Position numbers and translations under genes: made by a program. Below are positions 28,150 through 39,544 of a DNA stretch of 64,000 nt, one piece after another (the stretch's first letter is position 1; each line of letters starts with the position of its first letter). The DNA is from a virus (lineage: Duplodnaviria > Caudoviricetes): IMG/VR virus record IMGVR_UViG_3300021387_000164, positions 1 through 64,000 of that record. One strand, 5' to 3'. The notes under the pieces are model-generated. The model was not told where the DNA came from and did not search any database. It saw only the letters and a program-made list of their open reading frames with translations.

Positions 28150-28526
28150 AGACTTTATATTTAACAAACAGTTCTGCTAATATCGCAGTCGATCCAGAGG
28201 AGAATACAGCTCAGCACCTCGAAGACCAGGATCGCTATAGTATCCGTAGCATCTATTACATTGAAGAGCCAATGCATGTAGTGTACAACGGTACAAACGA
28301 CGGTGAACCTTTTAAAGAGGAGATCGATGCTAAGAAGGGAGACATTCTTCTGGTATTCTATACTAATCGATATAATAAGAAGCTTCTCGCTACTATAAAG
28401 AGTAAGGAGTGGGCTGCTAATATTAAGAATCGCCGTGCGATTGAGCAGAAAGAGAAGGAAGAGTGGGCTGAAAGGAATGCCATTTGCGATGCTATGTGTG
28501 AGGCAACTTGTAACCCTAGTTGTTGA
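28146..28526 (+). CDS. hypothetical protein
   Basis: 126-aa ORF with Cys-rich tail. Confidence 0.8.
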   Translation: MKTLYLTNSSANIAVDPEENTAQHLEDQDRYSIRSIYYIEEPMHVVYNGTNDGEPFKEEIDAKKGDILLVFYTNRYNKKLLATIKSKEWAANIKNRRAIEQKEKEEWAERNAICDAMCEATCNPSC

Positions 28527-28549
28527 TAATCAGATAAATATACAAAGTT

Positions 28550-28858
28550 ATGAAGACATCTAATAAGAAAAACAGAACTAACAAGAAGCCAATGTTCATA
28601 GTAGACCTTACAAACGTTAATGACGCGCGTGATGTGGTATTCGAGTTTACTATTGGCAAGGTTCGCGCAGGGCTCCCCATCACAGAAAACGAGTTGATGA
28701 GTGCTATTAATTATTCAATCGATTACACACTTTCAATACTTAGTGACGCTATTGTCATTGGTACGACATTCTGCGGATTGTGCGATAAGTGTAAGAAACA
28801 AACACCTTGGTACAAGAGGGTTTGGAATTGGATCAAGAAGCCTTTCGTAAAGAAGTGA
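28550..28858 (+). CDS. hypothetical protein
   Basis: 102 aa with amphipathic PWYKRVWNWIKK end. Confidence 0.8.
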   Translation: MKTSNKKNRTNKKPMFIVDLTNVNDARDVVFEFTIGKVRAGLPITENELMSAINYSIDYTLSILSDAIVIGTTFCGLCDKCKKQTPWYKRVWNWIKKPFVKK

Positions 28859-29027
28859 TAACAGCTCGGCAGTGCTGAAAACTGCCTCTCATTTTGAATA
28901 CTAAAAATTAAATCAGTGAGTGACCCCGGCGACACTTAAAAACGCTGGGCCAATACAGCCAGTGTAGGGGGCTGAGATTCAGATGGCCGTCTGAACCTAC
29001 ACAACATAAAGTTAAAATGTTAGTTTG

Positions 29028-29075
29028 AGTCCTATGGTTAGACACACGGCGGGGAGCGTTACCCCGCATAGGACC
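29028..29075 (+). ncRNA. anticodon-less tRNA-like minihelix abutting the suppressor tRNA
   Basis: GUCCUAU/AUAGGAC stacked on GCGGGG-AGCGUUA-CCCCGC. Confidence 0.5.
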
Positions 29076-29076
29076 T

Positions 29077-29154
29077 GTCCCCGTAGTGTAAATACCTTAA
29101 ACACGAGAGATTCTAGCCCTCTAATTCGGCCTAGGTGGGGTCGCGGGGGTACCA
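29077..29154 (+). tRNA. amber suppressor tRNA (CUA), non-canonical D/T loops, probably Gln-derived
   Basis: GUCCCCG/CGGGGGU-A-CCA; D-stem GUGU/ACAC; AGAGA-UUCUAGC-CCUCU; T-arm CGGCC-UAGGUGG-GGUCG. Confidence 0.8.
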
Positions 29155-29176
29155 ATATTCATATAAGAATTAAAAC

Positions 29177-29731
29177 ATGACTATCAGATATAAGAAACTT
29201 TCAGACAAAGCGGTCGCACCTATTAAAGCTCATAATACAGATGCTGGATTCGACTTAACATGTACAAAGATTACTTCGGAACTGAATGAGGCCGGACAAG
29301 TAATACTTGTATATCATACCGATATTGCCGTAGAAATTCCATACGGATATTTTGGGGCATTGGTACCTAGGTCTTCTATATCAAACAAGACAGTATCTCT
29401 TACTAACTGTATGGGTGTTATTGATTCTGGTTATCGTGGAGAAATTATGGCTAAGTTTCGTAATACTATAGACGCTGTTCCAGCTTTGTATAATACAGGC
29501 GAAAGATTTGCACAGCTTCTTATTCTTCCTGTTCCAGACGTACAGTTTGAAGAGTCAGACACATTGAGTGACAGTGATCGTGGAGCTAACGGTTATGGTT
29601 CTACTCAAGATGGAGAGATAAGCGCACCAACGGCTACTCAGAGTCTTCCGGAAACAGAAGGCGAGCCAATGAACTCTGAGCCCGCAAACGCAGGCAGCGG
29701 CGAGGCACAAAACAGCCTTGAGGCGGCATAA
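29177..29731 (+). CDS. dut: trimeric dUTPase
   Basis: AGFDL, PRSS, GVIDSGYRGEI, ERFAQL, RGANGYGST. Confidence 0.96.
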   Translation: MTIRYKKLSDKAVAPIKAHNTDAGFDLTCTKITSELNEAGQVILVYHTDIAVEIPYGYFGALVPRSSISNKTVSLTNCMGVIDSGYRGEIMAKFRNTIDAVPALYNTGERFAQLLILPVPDVQFEESDTLSDSDRGANGYGSTQDGEISAPTATQSLPETEGEPMNSEPANAGSGEAQNSLEAA

Positions 29732-29878
29732 TAATTACGTAATAAAAGTCGCAGAGGTGGCGTACATCGGATGGCAAAACCTCACATATTTTACAAGTAC
29801 AACGATCGGGGACCTATAAAGGCCCCCTTTCGTGGTATATACTAACTAATTTTAACTAACTAAACATTTTAAACTATT

Positions 29879-30769
29879 ATGGAAAGTTCTAAGATCATGA
29901 TGTTCCCTGAGATGGGGAATAGTGGCATTGATCCAAACCTGCTGTTGGCTATGAATAACAATGGTGGTTTTGGTGGTAATAACTGGATTTGGATTTTGTT
30001 CCTCTGGCTGATTTGGGGCTGGGGCGGCAATGGTAACTGGGGTGGAAACGGTAACAACGGATTCCTCTCTAATCAGATTGCCAACGACTCTGGTCGTGAG
30101 CTGTTGATGAACGCTATCCAAGGTAACGGTAATGCTATTCGTGACTTAGCTAGTCTTCTGAATACAGAGATTAGCACAGTACAGAATGGTATCTTTACTT
30201 TGAACAATGCTATTACTTCCGTAGGTACTCAGGTAGGCATGAGCGGATTGCAAATCCAGAACGCCATACAGAGTGGAAATGCTTCTATCGCAAGCCAGAT
30301 CTGTCAGTGCTGCTGTGAGAACAGATTAGCTATTGCTAATCAGACTAACACACTGCAGTCGCAGATGGCAGCTAATCAAGCTGCCGACCAGCTTGCAATG
30401 TGTCAGCAAACAAATACCCTCAGTACACAAGCTGAGCGTAATACCCGCGACATCGTAGATGCAATTCAGAGTCAAAGTGTAATGATTAATGATAAGTTCT
30501 GTGATCTCGAGAAAAGAGAGCTTCAGGACAAAATCAATAGTCTTACTGCCGATAACGCTCTGTTACGTTCTAACGCTAACAACGCTGCTCAAACTGCTTT
30601 TATAAACGAGAAATTTAACACTGTTGCTACTGAGCTCGCAGCCATTAAGGCTTCACAGCCAAATACAGTACCTGTACAGTGGCCTCAGCTGACCGCAGTT
30701 AACACAACACCATATATTGGTAACTTCTACGGTGGCTTTAACGGTTGGGGTAATAACGTTTCATTTTAA
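29879..30769 (+). CDS. Gly/Asn-rich, coiled-coil phage protein with a hydrophobic segment
   Basis: WIWILFLWLIWGWGG and QICQCCCEN motifs. Confidence 0.85.
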   Translation: MESSKIMMFPEMGNSGIDPNLLLAMNNNGGFGGNNWIWILFLWLIWGWGGNGNWGGNGNNGFLSNQIANDSGRELLMNAIQGNGNAIRDLASLLNTEISTVQNGIFTLNNAITSVGTQVGMSGLQIQNAIQSGNASIASQICQCCCENRLAIANQTNTLQSQMAANQAADQLAMCQQTNTLSTQAERNTRDIVDAIQSQSVMINDKFCDLEKRELQDKINSLTADNALLRSNANNAAQTAFINEKFNTVATELAAIKASQPNTVPVQWPQLTAVNTTPYIGNFYGGFNGWGNNVSF

Positions 30770-30780
30770 TAGTAAGTATT

Positions 30781-31113
30781 ATGGGGTGCTTTAATGTAAC
30801 TACAAATGTAAATGGAGTTCCATATTTAAGCACAACCAACGTAACTGTAACAGATACAGCGGTAGATTTTGCTTTAGGTTTCCGCCGTATTCAACCTGTG
30901 GGTTATATTACAGTTCGTATCTAGGATGCTATTCCTGAGGGTACTACAGGCACACTGCCTATAACCCTTACTTTGAATGGTACTGCTAGACCGCTTACTT
31001 TCTTTAATGGAACCCCAGTAACCGCTGCCGACTTAACAGGCACAGGTATTATAACGGTCTTTAATGATCGCTTTAACGGCATACTGCAGATAACTTCTGC
31101 GGTAGCAGCTTAA
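30781..31113 (+). CDS. beta-rich hypothetical protein with one TAG (missing from the track)
   Basis: ATG 30781, TAG 30922, TAA 31111; 110 aa. Confidence 0.8.
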
Positions 31114-31139
31114 TATTAACATTTTAACAGTATATAAAT

Positions 31140-31460
31140 ATGGTAGTTATTGAAATGCGTGATGCAGCATATGATACAGCGTTCAACTTACTTGAAGAGG
31201 CTAAGCATAGTGCTAAGAAGACTAAGCTGACTCTCTGTGAGTTGGAGGATGCAATGTACGATTGCTATGAAGCATCAAAAGAAGAACATGAAGACTACGA
31301 GTCTGAAGAGCCAGAGATGGAGTTCAGAGGTCGTAGAGGTTATCGTGAATACGATGAGGACCATGCACATGAGGACGACTATATGCGCTCAGGAATGAGA
31401 CGTAGTAGCCGTATGCGTAGTATGCGTATGCGTCGTAACCGTATGGGACAATTTGCGTAA
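31140..31460 (+). CDS. hypothetical protein, Arg/Met-rich C-terminus
   Basis: 106-aa ORF. Confidence 0.85.
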   Translation: MVVIEMRDAAYDTAFNLLEEAKHSAKKTKLTLCELEDAMYDCYEASKEEHEDYESEEPEMEFRGRRGYREYDEDHAHEDDYMRSGMRRSSRMRSMRMRRNRMGQFA

Positions 31461-31467
31461 ATAATAT

Positions 31468-31503
31468 TGTACACCCGGGGGCTTCGGCCTCTGGGCATGT
31501 ACA
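31468..31503 (+). terminator. stable UUCG hairpin (terminator or processing site)
   Basis: CCCGGGGGC-TTCG-GCCTCTGGG. Confidence 0.5.
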
Positions 31504-31518
31504 TTAAATTTAACTGAT

Positions 31519-32028
31519 ATGTTTTCAACATTGAGAAAGGGTGCAAGTATTTATATACTTGATAGAACAGATAAACCCGAAGTTAAAATTGGTTACGTAG
31601 ATAACGTAACATTACCGCGTCCCATGTATCCTACTTATAACCCAGCTGTTAGTCTTGGTACTAATATGCAGCGCGTGGTAGATATTACGGTTCGCGTAGA
31701 CGATGAGAAGAAAGAGTTCTGTGTACCCGCAGACTTATCTATACACACATATGGTAATTATACTCTTAGTGAAAATAAAGAGGCTATGATATCTGAAGTA
31801 GATGCTTTAGTAAAAGACAAAGAAGATATTATAAATAATGTACCAGCTATGAAAGAAGAGGTTTCTGCTCTTAAAGAAATACTCAAGGTGCTAAACCCAG
31901 TATATGCTAAAGAGGAAGAAAGAGACACTGCTATAGAAAGTTTGACCCAACAGGTTGATGGAATACACTCAGCTCTTGAACGATTAGAAACATTACTACT
32001 AAGAAATAGGGCGGATGGAAACAACTAA
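31519..32028 (+). CDS. hypothetical protein
   Basis: 169-aa ORF. Confidence 0.85.
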   Translation: MFSTLRKGASIYILDRTDKPEVKIGYVDNVTLPRPMYPTYNPAVSLGTNMQRVVDITVRVDDEKKEFCVPADLSIHTYGNYTLSENKEAMISEVDALVKDKEDIINNVPAMKEEVSALKEILKVLNPVYAKEEERDTAIESLTQQVDGIHSALERLETLLLRNRADGNN

Positions 32029-32395
32029 ATACTTTAGAAAATATCAAAGATTGTACGGTCCCCACTTCACAAAAGAATTATGTGACTTCGCAGTATCTAT
32101 GATGGAAGACGAAGACGGTTTTATAACCCCGATAACCAAACAAGAACTAGAAGAAAAACTAAATACGCAGAACATTAAACTTGAATATGATAAGCTTTAT
32201 GATGCAGTATATGTTGCTAATATGTGTAAAGCTGACTATTTAGGTAGTTCTGTGCCTGATAACGATTACAATCTTTGTATGTACGTCAAGGATACAATTG
32301 ACGATCCTGACGGATATGATGGACAGCCTTTTAACAGATGGTTGTCAGATATCAAGGGTATGCACATCATGATAGATTGGTCTGAATTTGTATGA
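32015..32395 (+). CDS. hypothetical phage protein
   Basis: YGPHFTKELCDFAVSMM...YVANMCKADY...DDPDGY. Confidence 0.85.
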   Translation: METTKYFRKYQRLYGPHFTKELCDFAVSMMEDEDGFITPITKQELEEKLNTQNIKLEYDKLYDAVYVANMCKADYLGSSVPDNDYNLCMYVKDTIDDPDGYDGQPFNRWLSDIKGMHIMIDWSEFV

Positions 32396-32790
32396 TAGCA
32401 CAATATATACAAATTGGGGATCGAGATTGGAATGTTTTAGTATACTATAATGTCGGGAGACATGACTTGGCAGAAGTAACAGATTCACTAGAACAACTTG
32501 ATTGTTCTAAGCGTGATTTAAAGAAATGTATGAAGGTGCTTAAACGTAAGAACACTGGCTTTACATTCTCAAACACAGACTATAAAATGAGTGTTGTGTG
32601 TATCGGGGAAGCTACTTCTATTGGTCAATTTGTCAATACTGCTATACACGAGGCTAAACACGTACAGTCTCATATATGTGAATATTATGGTATAGCGGAA
32701 GATACTGAAACTGCGGCGTACCTTATTGGACATCTTGTACATAGAATGTATATGATGCTAGAAAAAATACTCAGATCGTATATTAACTAA
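32392..32790 (+). CDS. small HExxH (zincin-like) protein
   Basis: AIHEAKHVQ...ETAAYL. Confidence 0.8.
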   Translation: MIAQYIQIGDRDWNVLVYYNVGRHDLAEVTDSLEQLDCSKRDLKKCMKVLKRKNTGFTFSNTDYKMSVVCIGEATSIGQFVNTAIHEAKHVQSHICEYYGIAEDTETAAYLIGHLVHRMYMMLEKILRSYIN

Positions 32791-32796
32791 TATAAC

Positions 32797-33309
32797 ATGT
32801 TCGATATAAAAGGTAATAAAATATCTCTCAGCACTGAGGACTTGGCAATTCCTCCATTTAAGGATCATTACAATAATGCGGAAGACAAGTCCTTGGCGTT
32901 GAAGGAGATAGAATACATTGTATGGCTATACAGATGGAATACCCCGTATGAGGCATATCCAATTGACAAGAGACCTTCTATTGTAGCTAAAGATGTATTT
33001 GCTGATGAAAAATATGTACCTACTGCAGAAGTAAAAGAATTAGCTCAGCGGTTTATAGAGTTTCAAGAAACTCCGGGAACACGTTTATTGAGCGCTTCAC
33101 AAATGGCAGCAGAGGGGCTAATAGCTGCCCTTAATGATTATTCACAGGGTAATATGGATATTGACACAGCAATTAAAGTAACACGAATACTTAAAGATGT
33201 GGGCAATATAGTAAAGTCTCTTGATACAGCGATGAAACAAGCAAAAGCTGAACAACTTGAGACCGGTAGAGTTAAAGGTGGAGGTGTCATTGGTCTCTAC
33301 GAAATGTAA
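32797..33309 (+). CDS. helical phage protein, possible terminase small subunit
   Basis: 170 aa ending RVKGGGVIGLYEM; function is inference. Confidence 0.5.
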   Translation: MFDIKGNKISLSTEDLAIPPFKDHYNNAEDKSLALKEIEYIVWLYRWNTPYEAYPIDKRPSIVAKDVFADEKYVPTAEVKELAQRFIEFQETPGTRLLSASQMAAEGLIAALNDYSQGNMDIDTAIKVTRILKDVGNIVKSLDTAMKQAKAEQLETGRVKGGGVIGLYEM

Positions 33310-33376
33310 ACATATACATTCGCCAAAGCATTTGTACTCTACAACATGTATAACATTTATTTAATTTGACGATACA

Positions 33377-34645
33377 ATGAATTATATATCCAAGCTTACT
33401 GTCGGCAACAATCAGTATTTGGTAAAGGATGCTAAAGCGTGGTCGGACATTGAGTACATTAAATAGTCAATTACAGGTGCTATGCATTGGATTGGTTATA
33501 CGGAAACCGCTTTGACGGACGGAGACACTACAAACCCTATTATAATCGATGGTCAGAGTGTTACTGCCATACCCGGAGACGTTACTGCTATCTTAGGCAG
33601 TGGCGGAGAAGGTAATTCTGATAAAGAGTTTGTGTTTAGCGGAACAAAGTGGCAAGAGTATGGTTCTACTGGTTCGTTAAAGGCTTTAGCTTTTAAAGAT
33701 ACAGCAACAGGTAGTACTATATCTTCTGGTTCCAATGCCCCATCTGCAGTAACATTTCAAGGAACTACAAACGGCGATTTTGTCACTGGGTACAATGATG
33801 ACGGAGTTGCCCCTTCGTTTACAGAAGGTCAATTTGATGCAGGACAACTGCCTCAATTTACAGAGGGTACATTTGATCCCGGTCAGTTACCTTCGTTTGT
33901 AGAGGGACAATTTAATCCTGGACAGTTGCCTTCATTTACAGAAGGAGGCTTTGACGCTGGCCAATTACCATCTTTTACAGAAGGCGCATTTAGTGCTGGG
34001 TCTCTCCCATCATTCTCAGAAGGTCAGTTTAGCCCAGCTGAAATTCAAAATGGATTTTATACAGCTGGTGTAGCTGCAACATATAACCATAGTGGATTTA
34101 ACGGTGGTTCTTTAGGTAGCGCGACAAAAGGCGCGTTTACTACAGAAGGTGTTACAGTATCTGTTGATGATACTCAGGAGGCAATGATTATCGCATCTGC
34201 CAACACTGGTCAGGCTGTAACAGAACAAGGTACATTCACACCTGCTGCATATGGAACAGATACTTTTGATGGCGGACGCCCAACTGTTGTGGACGTAACA
34301 AAGTTTTATGGCGGGTCTAAAGATCCAGATCAATTTCGTGCTGGTACGCTACCAAGTAAGGAAGCAGATGTGTTTGATGCCGGTATACTTCCATCCAAGG
34401 ATGCTGATACATTTGCCGCTGGCACACTTCCATCTAAAAATGCAGACACGTGGAATGCTGGACAATTACCGTCTAAAGAAGTAGACACATTTGATGCAGG
34501 TCAACTGCCATCAAAAGAAGCAGATACATTTAACGCAGGTTCTGTTGCAACATTAGCTACAAGTAGCGCGGTTACAGACATGGGTGTTGGTACAGCTGCT
34601 GCACAGACATTTACGGGTGATACTATTTCTGTAACAGTATCTTAA
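33377..34645 (+). CDS. fibre-like protein with two sets of 13-aa repeats; one TAG
   Basis: ATG 33377, TAG 33464; N-terminus YISK..GxxYxVKD is shared with the 35128 fibre. Confidence 0.85.
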
Positions 34646-34664
34646 TCATTAAAGATTTAAGCAT

Positions 34665-35123
34665 ATGTATAAACCGCAAATAAAAGAAAAACATTCTCTC
34701 GTTGATCTTGCTACATATGGAACAGAATCAAGAAAAGACATTCATTCTGGCGTACTGATAGGCTCCTATCAAGGAAAGCCTATGTTTAAGGAAGGGGATA
34801 TTTTAGACGCTAACGCTACTCTAAATTTAATTCAAGATTCGTACGACAAGGCAAAGCTGAATACTGTAATAGCTAAGTTTATAGAAAAAATAAACAAGGA
34901 TATTGCTTTTCTGCAAGACAAAATTCGCAATAACCAAGAAGATACAGATGAAGCTTTTGAGGAAGTAAACGAAAAAATAGATCAACTAGAATAGAAGCAC
35001 GATAGCGATACGCAAAGAATAGACGGAGACATTCAGCACATACTGAGTGAACTAGATGCTTTCTCTATTGCAAATCGTTTTGTGTATGATGGCCTTGAGG
35101 AAAACTTAATAATTGTAAAGTAA
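34665..35123 (+). CDS. coiled-coil protein; one TAG
   Basis: Read-through of TAG 34992 to TAA 35121, 4 nt before the next ATG. Confidence 0.8.
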
Positions 35124-35127
35124 TACT

Positions 35128-38100
35128 ATGAGCGATAGAAAATATATTTCAAAAGTAATTTCTAATGGAGAAACTTATCATGTTAAAGATAAGGAAATCC
35201 GGGATTCTCTTGGCCAAGTAAACGGTATCGCTACGTTGGGTTCAGATGGCAAGGTTTCGCCGTCACAATTACCAACCGATATAGATACCACATATCAGTT
35301 CTCGCAAAGTGGTAACTCTTTGCAAGTTGGTGTTAATGGTGGTACTAAAGATACCGTATATACACCCACTATTACAAAAAGTACAGTGGGTTTAGATAAT
35401 GTAACAAACGACGCTCAGGTAAAACGCACAGAGATGGGTGCTGCTTTTGGAGTTGCTACTCTTGATGATAATGGCAAGGTTCCAGCATCGCAGTTACCTT
35501 CTTATGTTGATGACGTATTAGAATACGCAGATAGGTCGTCGTTTCCACAAACCGGAGAAACCGGAAAGATATACGTAGACAAATCTACGAACATTACATG
35601 GAGATGGGGTGGTTCTGATTATGTTGAGATAAGCCCCAGTTTGGCACTCGGAGAAACATCTTCTACTGCATACGCTGGAGACAAAGGTAAAGCATTGGCC
35701 GATAAATTGTCTGGTATCGAGAGTGGTGCACAGGTGCATAGAGCACCAACAACAGCAGAGGTTAAAAGTGCACTCGGAACAGGTAGCGGGACTGTCAAAT
35801 ATCTTAGAGAAGATGGTACGTGGGCCACACCTCCAAACTCACAATATTCGTTTGTTGATAAAGACGCCACACTTGATTGGGGTACAAGAAGTACTATAGC
35901 AACTGCAGGTGATGTTGATATTCACGTTACGATGCCTTCTAATCCTAATACAAATACTGCAAGATTACAGGTATCTGATACGGCAAACAAACGTATTAAC
36001 ACAAAGGAAAGCACGGGGAACTACTTACAGTTTATAGGTGGTACAAATAAATTTAGTGTAAGTGATGGAACAAACACGTTCAATGTCGATATTACACCAA
36101 GCGTATCATTTCCTGTAACATCTGTTGTAGGCCAAACAGGAGAAGTTACCGTTTCACAAATAGCTTCGGCTCTAACTGGGGCTGGGTATAAATTAACAGA
36201 TACAATATACAGTCTTCCTGCTGCAGCATCCAATACGCTTGGTGGTATTAAGACTGGATACACGACAGACGCCAGAAATTATAAGGTATCACTTGATTCA
36301 AATAGTAACGCATATGTTAATGTACCTTGGTCAGATACTACATATTCAGCTGGAACTGGTATATCATTATCTGGTACAACATTTGGTATTAATTCCACAT
36401 ATCAAGATTATATTAGCCATGGTAACACGGCCTACGGCTGGGGTAATCACGCTAATGCCGGATATGCTTCGGCAAGTTCATTAGGTAACTACCTGCCACT
36501 TAGCGGTGGTACTATGACTGGTCAGTTAACCATAAACGGTCCAGACATTATTTTAGCAACCTATAGTAGCAGTTCTAACGATTCAGGTGACTTGGTTTTC
36601 CAGTATGGAAATGGAAGTGAAAAAGCAAGAATTTGGACGGATGATGAATACACATCAGGAATGGGACCTAATTACAGATGTTATGATAATAATGGTTCTG
36701 CATTATATAGTGGCAGATTGGCTACTATTGGAGAACTTGGGTATTATCTTCCTTTGAGTGGCGGCACGATGAGTGGCGGTATTAGTTGGAACGATAGTGG
36801 TGCATTACCTGAAAGAGAAACAATAGCGTATTTTCTTGTTATTGACGCGTTCGCTGATGGTGGTAGAACGAAATGGGCATCTGTTGACAGACTTAAAACA
36901 TCACAATTAACAAATGATGCTGGGTATATAACAAGTAGCGGTTCTTGTGATTATGCGTCTTCTGCTGGCAATTCGTCAACTGTTGGGGGTTTGTATGCCA
37001 CAGACTTTTTGCGCCACTACACCGAAACATCACTTGACGCAAATAGTGCCGCACAAGGTTGGCATGACGTTCAAAACAACATAGAAAATGCTGCCCATAC
37101 CAATCATTCCACATTGATATACGTTACAAATGTCGGAACACCTTTCCAGTTACAAATTCCAGATAGTTCGGAAGACTGCATATACAAGAGGTATTATCAA
37201 AGTGGTTCTTGGTCTTCTTGGTTTAAAATAAGTGCAGGTAACTCAGATACTGTAGATAATTTACACGCAACAGACCTTGTACGTTATTATCATGATGCCA
37301 CAACAAACCCGAATATAGACACATTCGCATATGCAGCATATTTGCTAACACAAGCTGATTCTGGCTAGTGGGCAGGTGGTACACCACCAAGTGGTGCACA
37401 TAATGGACTTGGTATCATTAATGTGCACACACACGTTGGCAACTATTATACACAACTTGCTTTAGATACCAATCAGAATTTGCTATGGATTCGCAGTGCA
37501 AATAATAGTGACTCATTTGGTTCTTGGGTTTATATGATTAACTCAAGTAATATCGGCTCTCAATCTGTTAGCTACGCAAATAGCGCAGGTAATGCTGACA
37601 CAGTTAATGGTTATCGTGAATATTATTTTCTTAGATACAGAGGAGCTACAGTAGCTGACGGAGAAGGTACACTGTGGTCTCAGATAGGTATTAAACAATA
37701 TGAGAATGCTCTACCTGATGGATTAACCTCTTCTGGTTCTTATACATTTGGTAGTGTAATTACTTTTGCTGGAGCTGACCATAGATTAGAATTCTGGTCT
37801 AATCATCATTCATCTGCTGGTAATTATGGAATTGCGTATAGAACTGGATGGGATGACGATAAACGGCCGTGGACTAGATTAATCGATAGTAACAATATAG
37901 GTTCACAATCGGTTTCTTATGCTACAAGCGCAGGTAATGCGGATACTGTGGATGGGTATCATTACGACAATTTGCCTTATTTGTCTAATAGCGGTGGCAG
38001 CTTATGGGGAAATATAACTTTTAATGGCGGTCACGCGATTAATCATCTTTATACAATCTATTGCGCTGGCTCTGATACCAACCACGTACTATATCTTGGT

Positions 38101-39036
38101 TATAATGGAAAAGATTACGTTACTTGGCACGAATATGGTAACGATTGGCGTTTCTATTATGGTGGAAGTACAGCAGAACGAGATGGTTACCTTTCTGTTA
38201 TGCTGGGTTCTACAAACTATTTCGAAAGTAACGTTGGTATAGGTACTACAAGTCCATCCTACAAGCTACATGTAGTAGGCGACATCTACGCAACGGGAGA
38301 TATAATGTCCCAAAGTGCATTAACCGTAACCTCTGGAAATGATAATAAAATTATATTGGACAACACCGATAGCGAAACATATTGGTCTTTAATTTCTTTT
38401 AGAGACCATGGATCAGAGTACGGCTATCTTGGTACTAGGGGTTCAACAGATTTAGTCTGGAACGGAAATGTAGTAATCCATAGTGGTAACATAACATCTC
38501 AATACGTTAGCCATGCAGATAGTGCCGGTTCCGTTGATTGGAGTAACGTCAGTGGAAGACCTTCGAGTATGCCGGCTAGCGACGTATATAGCTGGGCTAA
38601 AGCTTCATCTAAACCGAGTTACAGCTGGAGCGAAATAACAGATAAGCCAACAATACCTGATACCGGTAAGATGAACTATTTAACGTCCAATGCAGACATA
38701 TATCCTCAGTATGGGGTAAATGTATTGGTTAAAATGTCAACTACCAATGGGTATATAAATTTACCATCACTTAGCCAAAGTCAAAGTTACACAGGAACAA
38801 GTGGTAGTCAAAAATTTGCATATATCATCCGTCTTGCATGTCACACAAGCGGATCAGCATTTACTATGTATGGATATAGAGGAACCTCTGCAACAAGTCA
38901 ATATCCGCACGTTAGATCAGGTAATACAGCTGATAGAACAACAGGTGTCGCTTTTTCTGCTGGAGATACTGACACATACATGTTAACATACGATGGTAGT
39001 GTATACGAAGCTTATAGACTTTGTTATACAGAATAA
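35128..39036 (+). CDS. tail fibre / receptor-binding protein (1302 aa; one TAG)
   Basis: Two track ORFs in one frame joined at TAG 37366; fibre motifs GVATLD..GKVP..QLP, YLPLSGGTM, NADTVDG, NVGIGTTSPSYKLHV. Confidence 0.9.
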
Positions 39037-39053
39037 TATATCAGATCACATAT

Positions 39054-39512
39054 ATGATTACAATTAAAACAAAGAATGCACTTGAGGCATATAACGTTCT
39101 CAATGGTGCAAAGTACAGCAAACTTGAAGATGCTGACAAGATTAAGTTATGGAAAATAGTACGTGCTTTAAAGCCGATCGCAACAAAGTTTCAGGAAGAT
39201 GTTAAAGATGCACAAGAGAAATTTGCATCTGATATAGAGAACTTCAACGAGAACTTAAATAAAGCACAGGAGTACGAACGTTGTAAGGCGGAGGGAAAAG
39301 AGGACCTGCCTATGACAAACAGTGAATATGAGACTTTCTTAGAAGTCTTTAAAAAGTATAATAAACTTGTATCGGACGCCATTAACGAGTTTGCTAACGT
39401 TGAAGTGAGTCTTGATGTTGAAACTATTTCAGAGGACGCTTTTGGCAAGTTAATGTCAAGCAACGATTGGTCTATTGACAAAACAACAGCTATTGACTTT
39501 ATAATCGGTTGA
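39054..39512 (+). CDS. helical protein, possible fibre assembly chaperone
   Basis: Follows the fibre gene; start MITIKTK. Confidence 0.7.
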   Translation: MITIKTKNALEAYNVLNGAKYSKLEDADKIKLWKIVRALKPIATKFQEDVKDAQEKFASDIENFNENLNKAQEYERCKAEGKEDLPMTNSEYETFLEVFKKYNKLVSDAINEFANVEVSLDVETISEDAFGKLMSSNDWSIDKTTAIDFIIG

Positions 39513-39544
39513 GGTACAAGTACGTAATTACATACCGTACAATT

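Noticed and set aside
29077-29154. TAG read as pyrrolysine
   Set aside because: No pyl genes in the window, and the tRNA shares features with the phage tRNA-Gln
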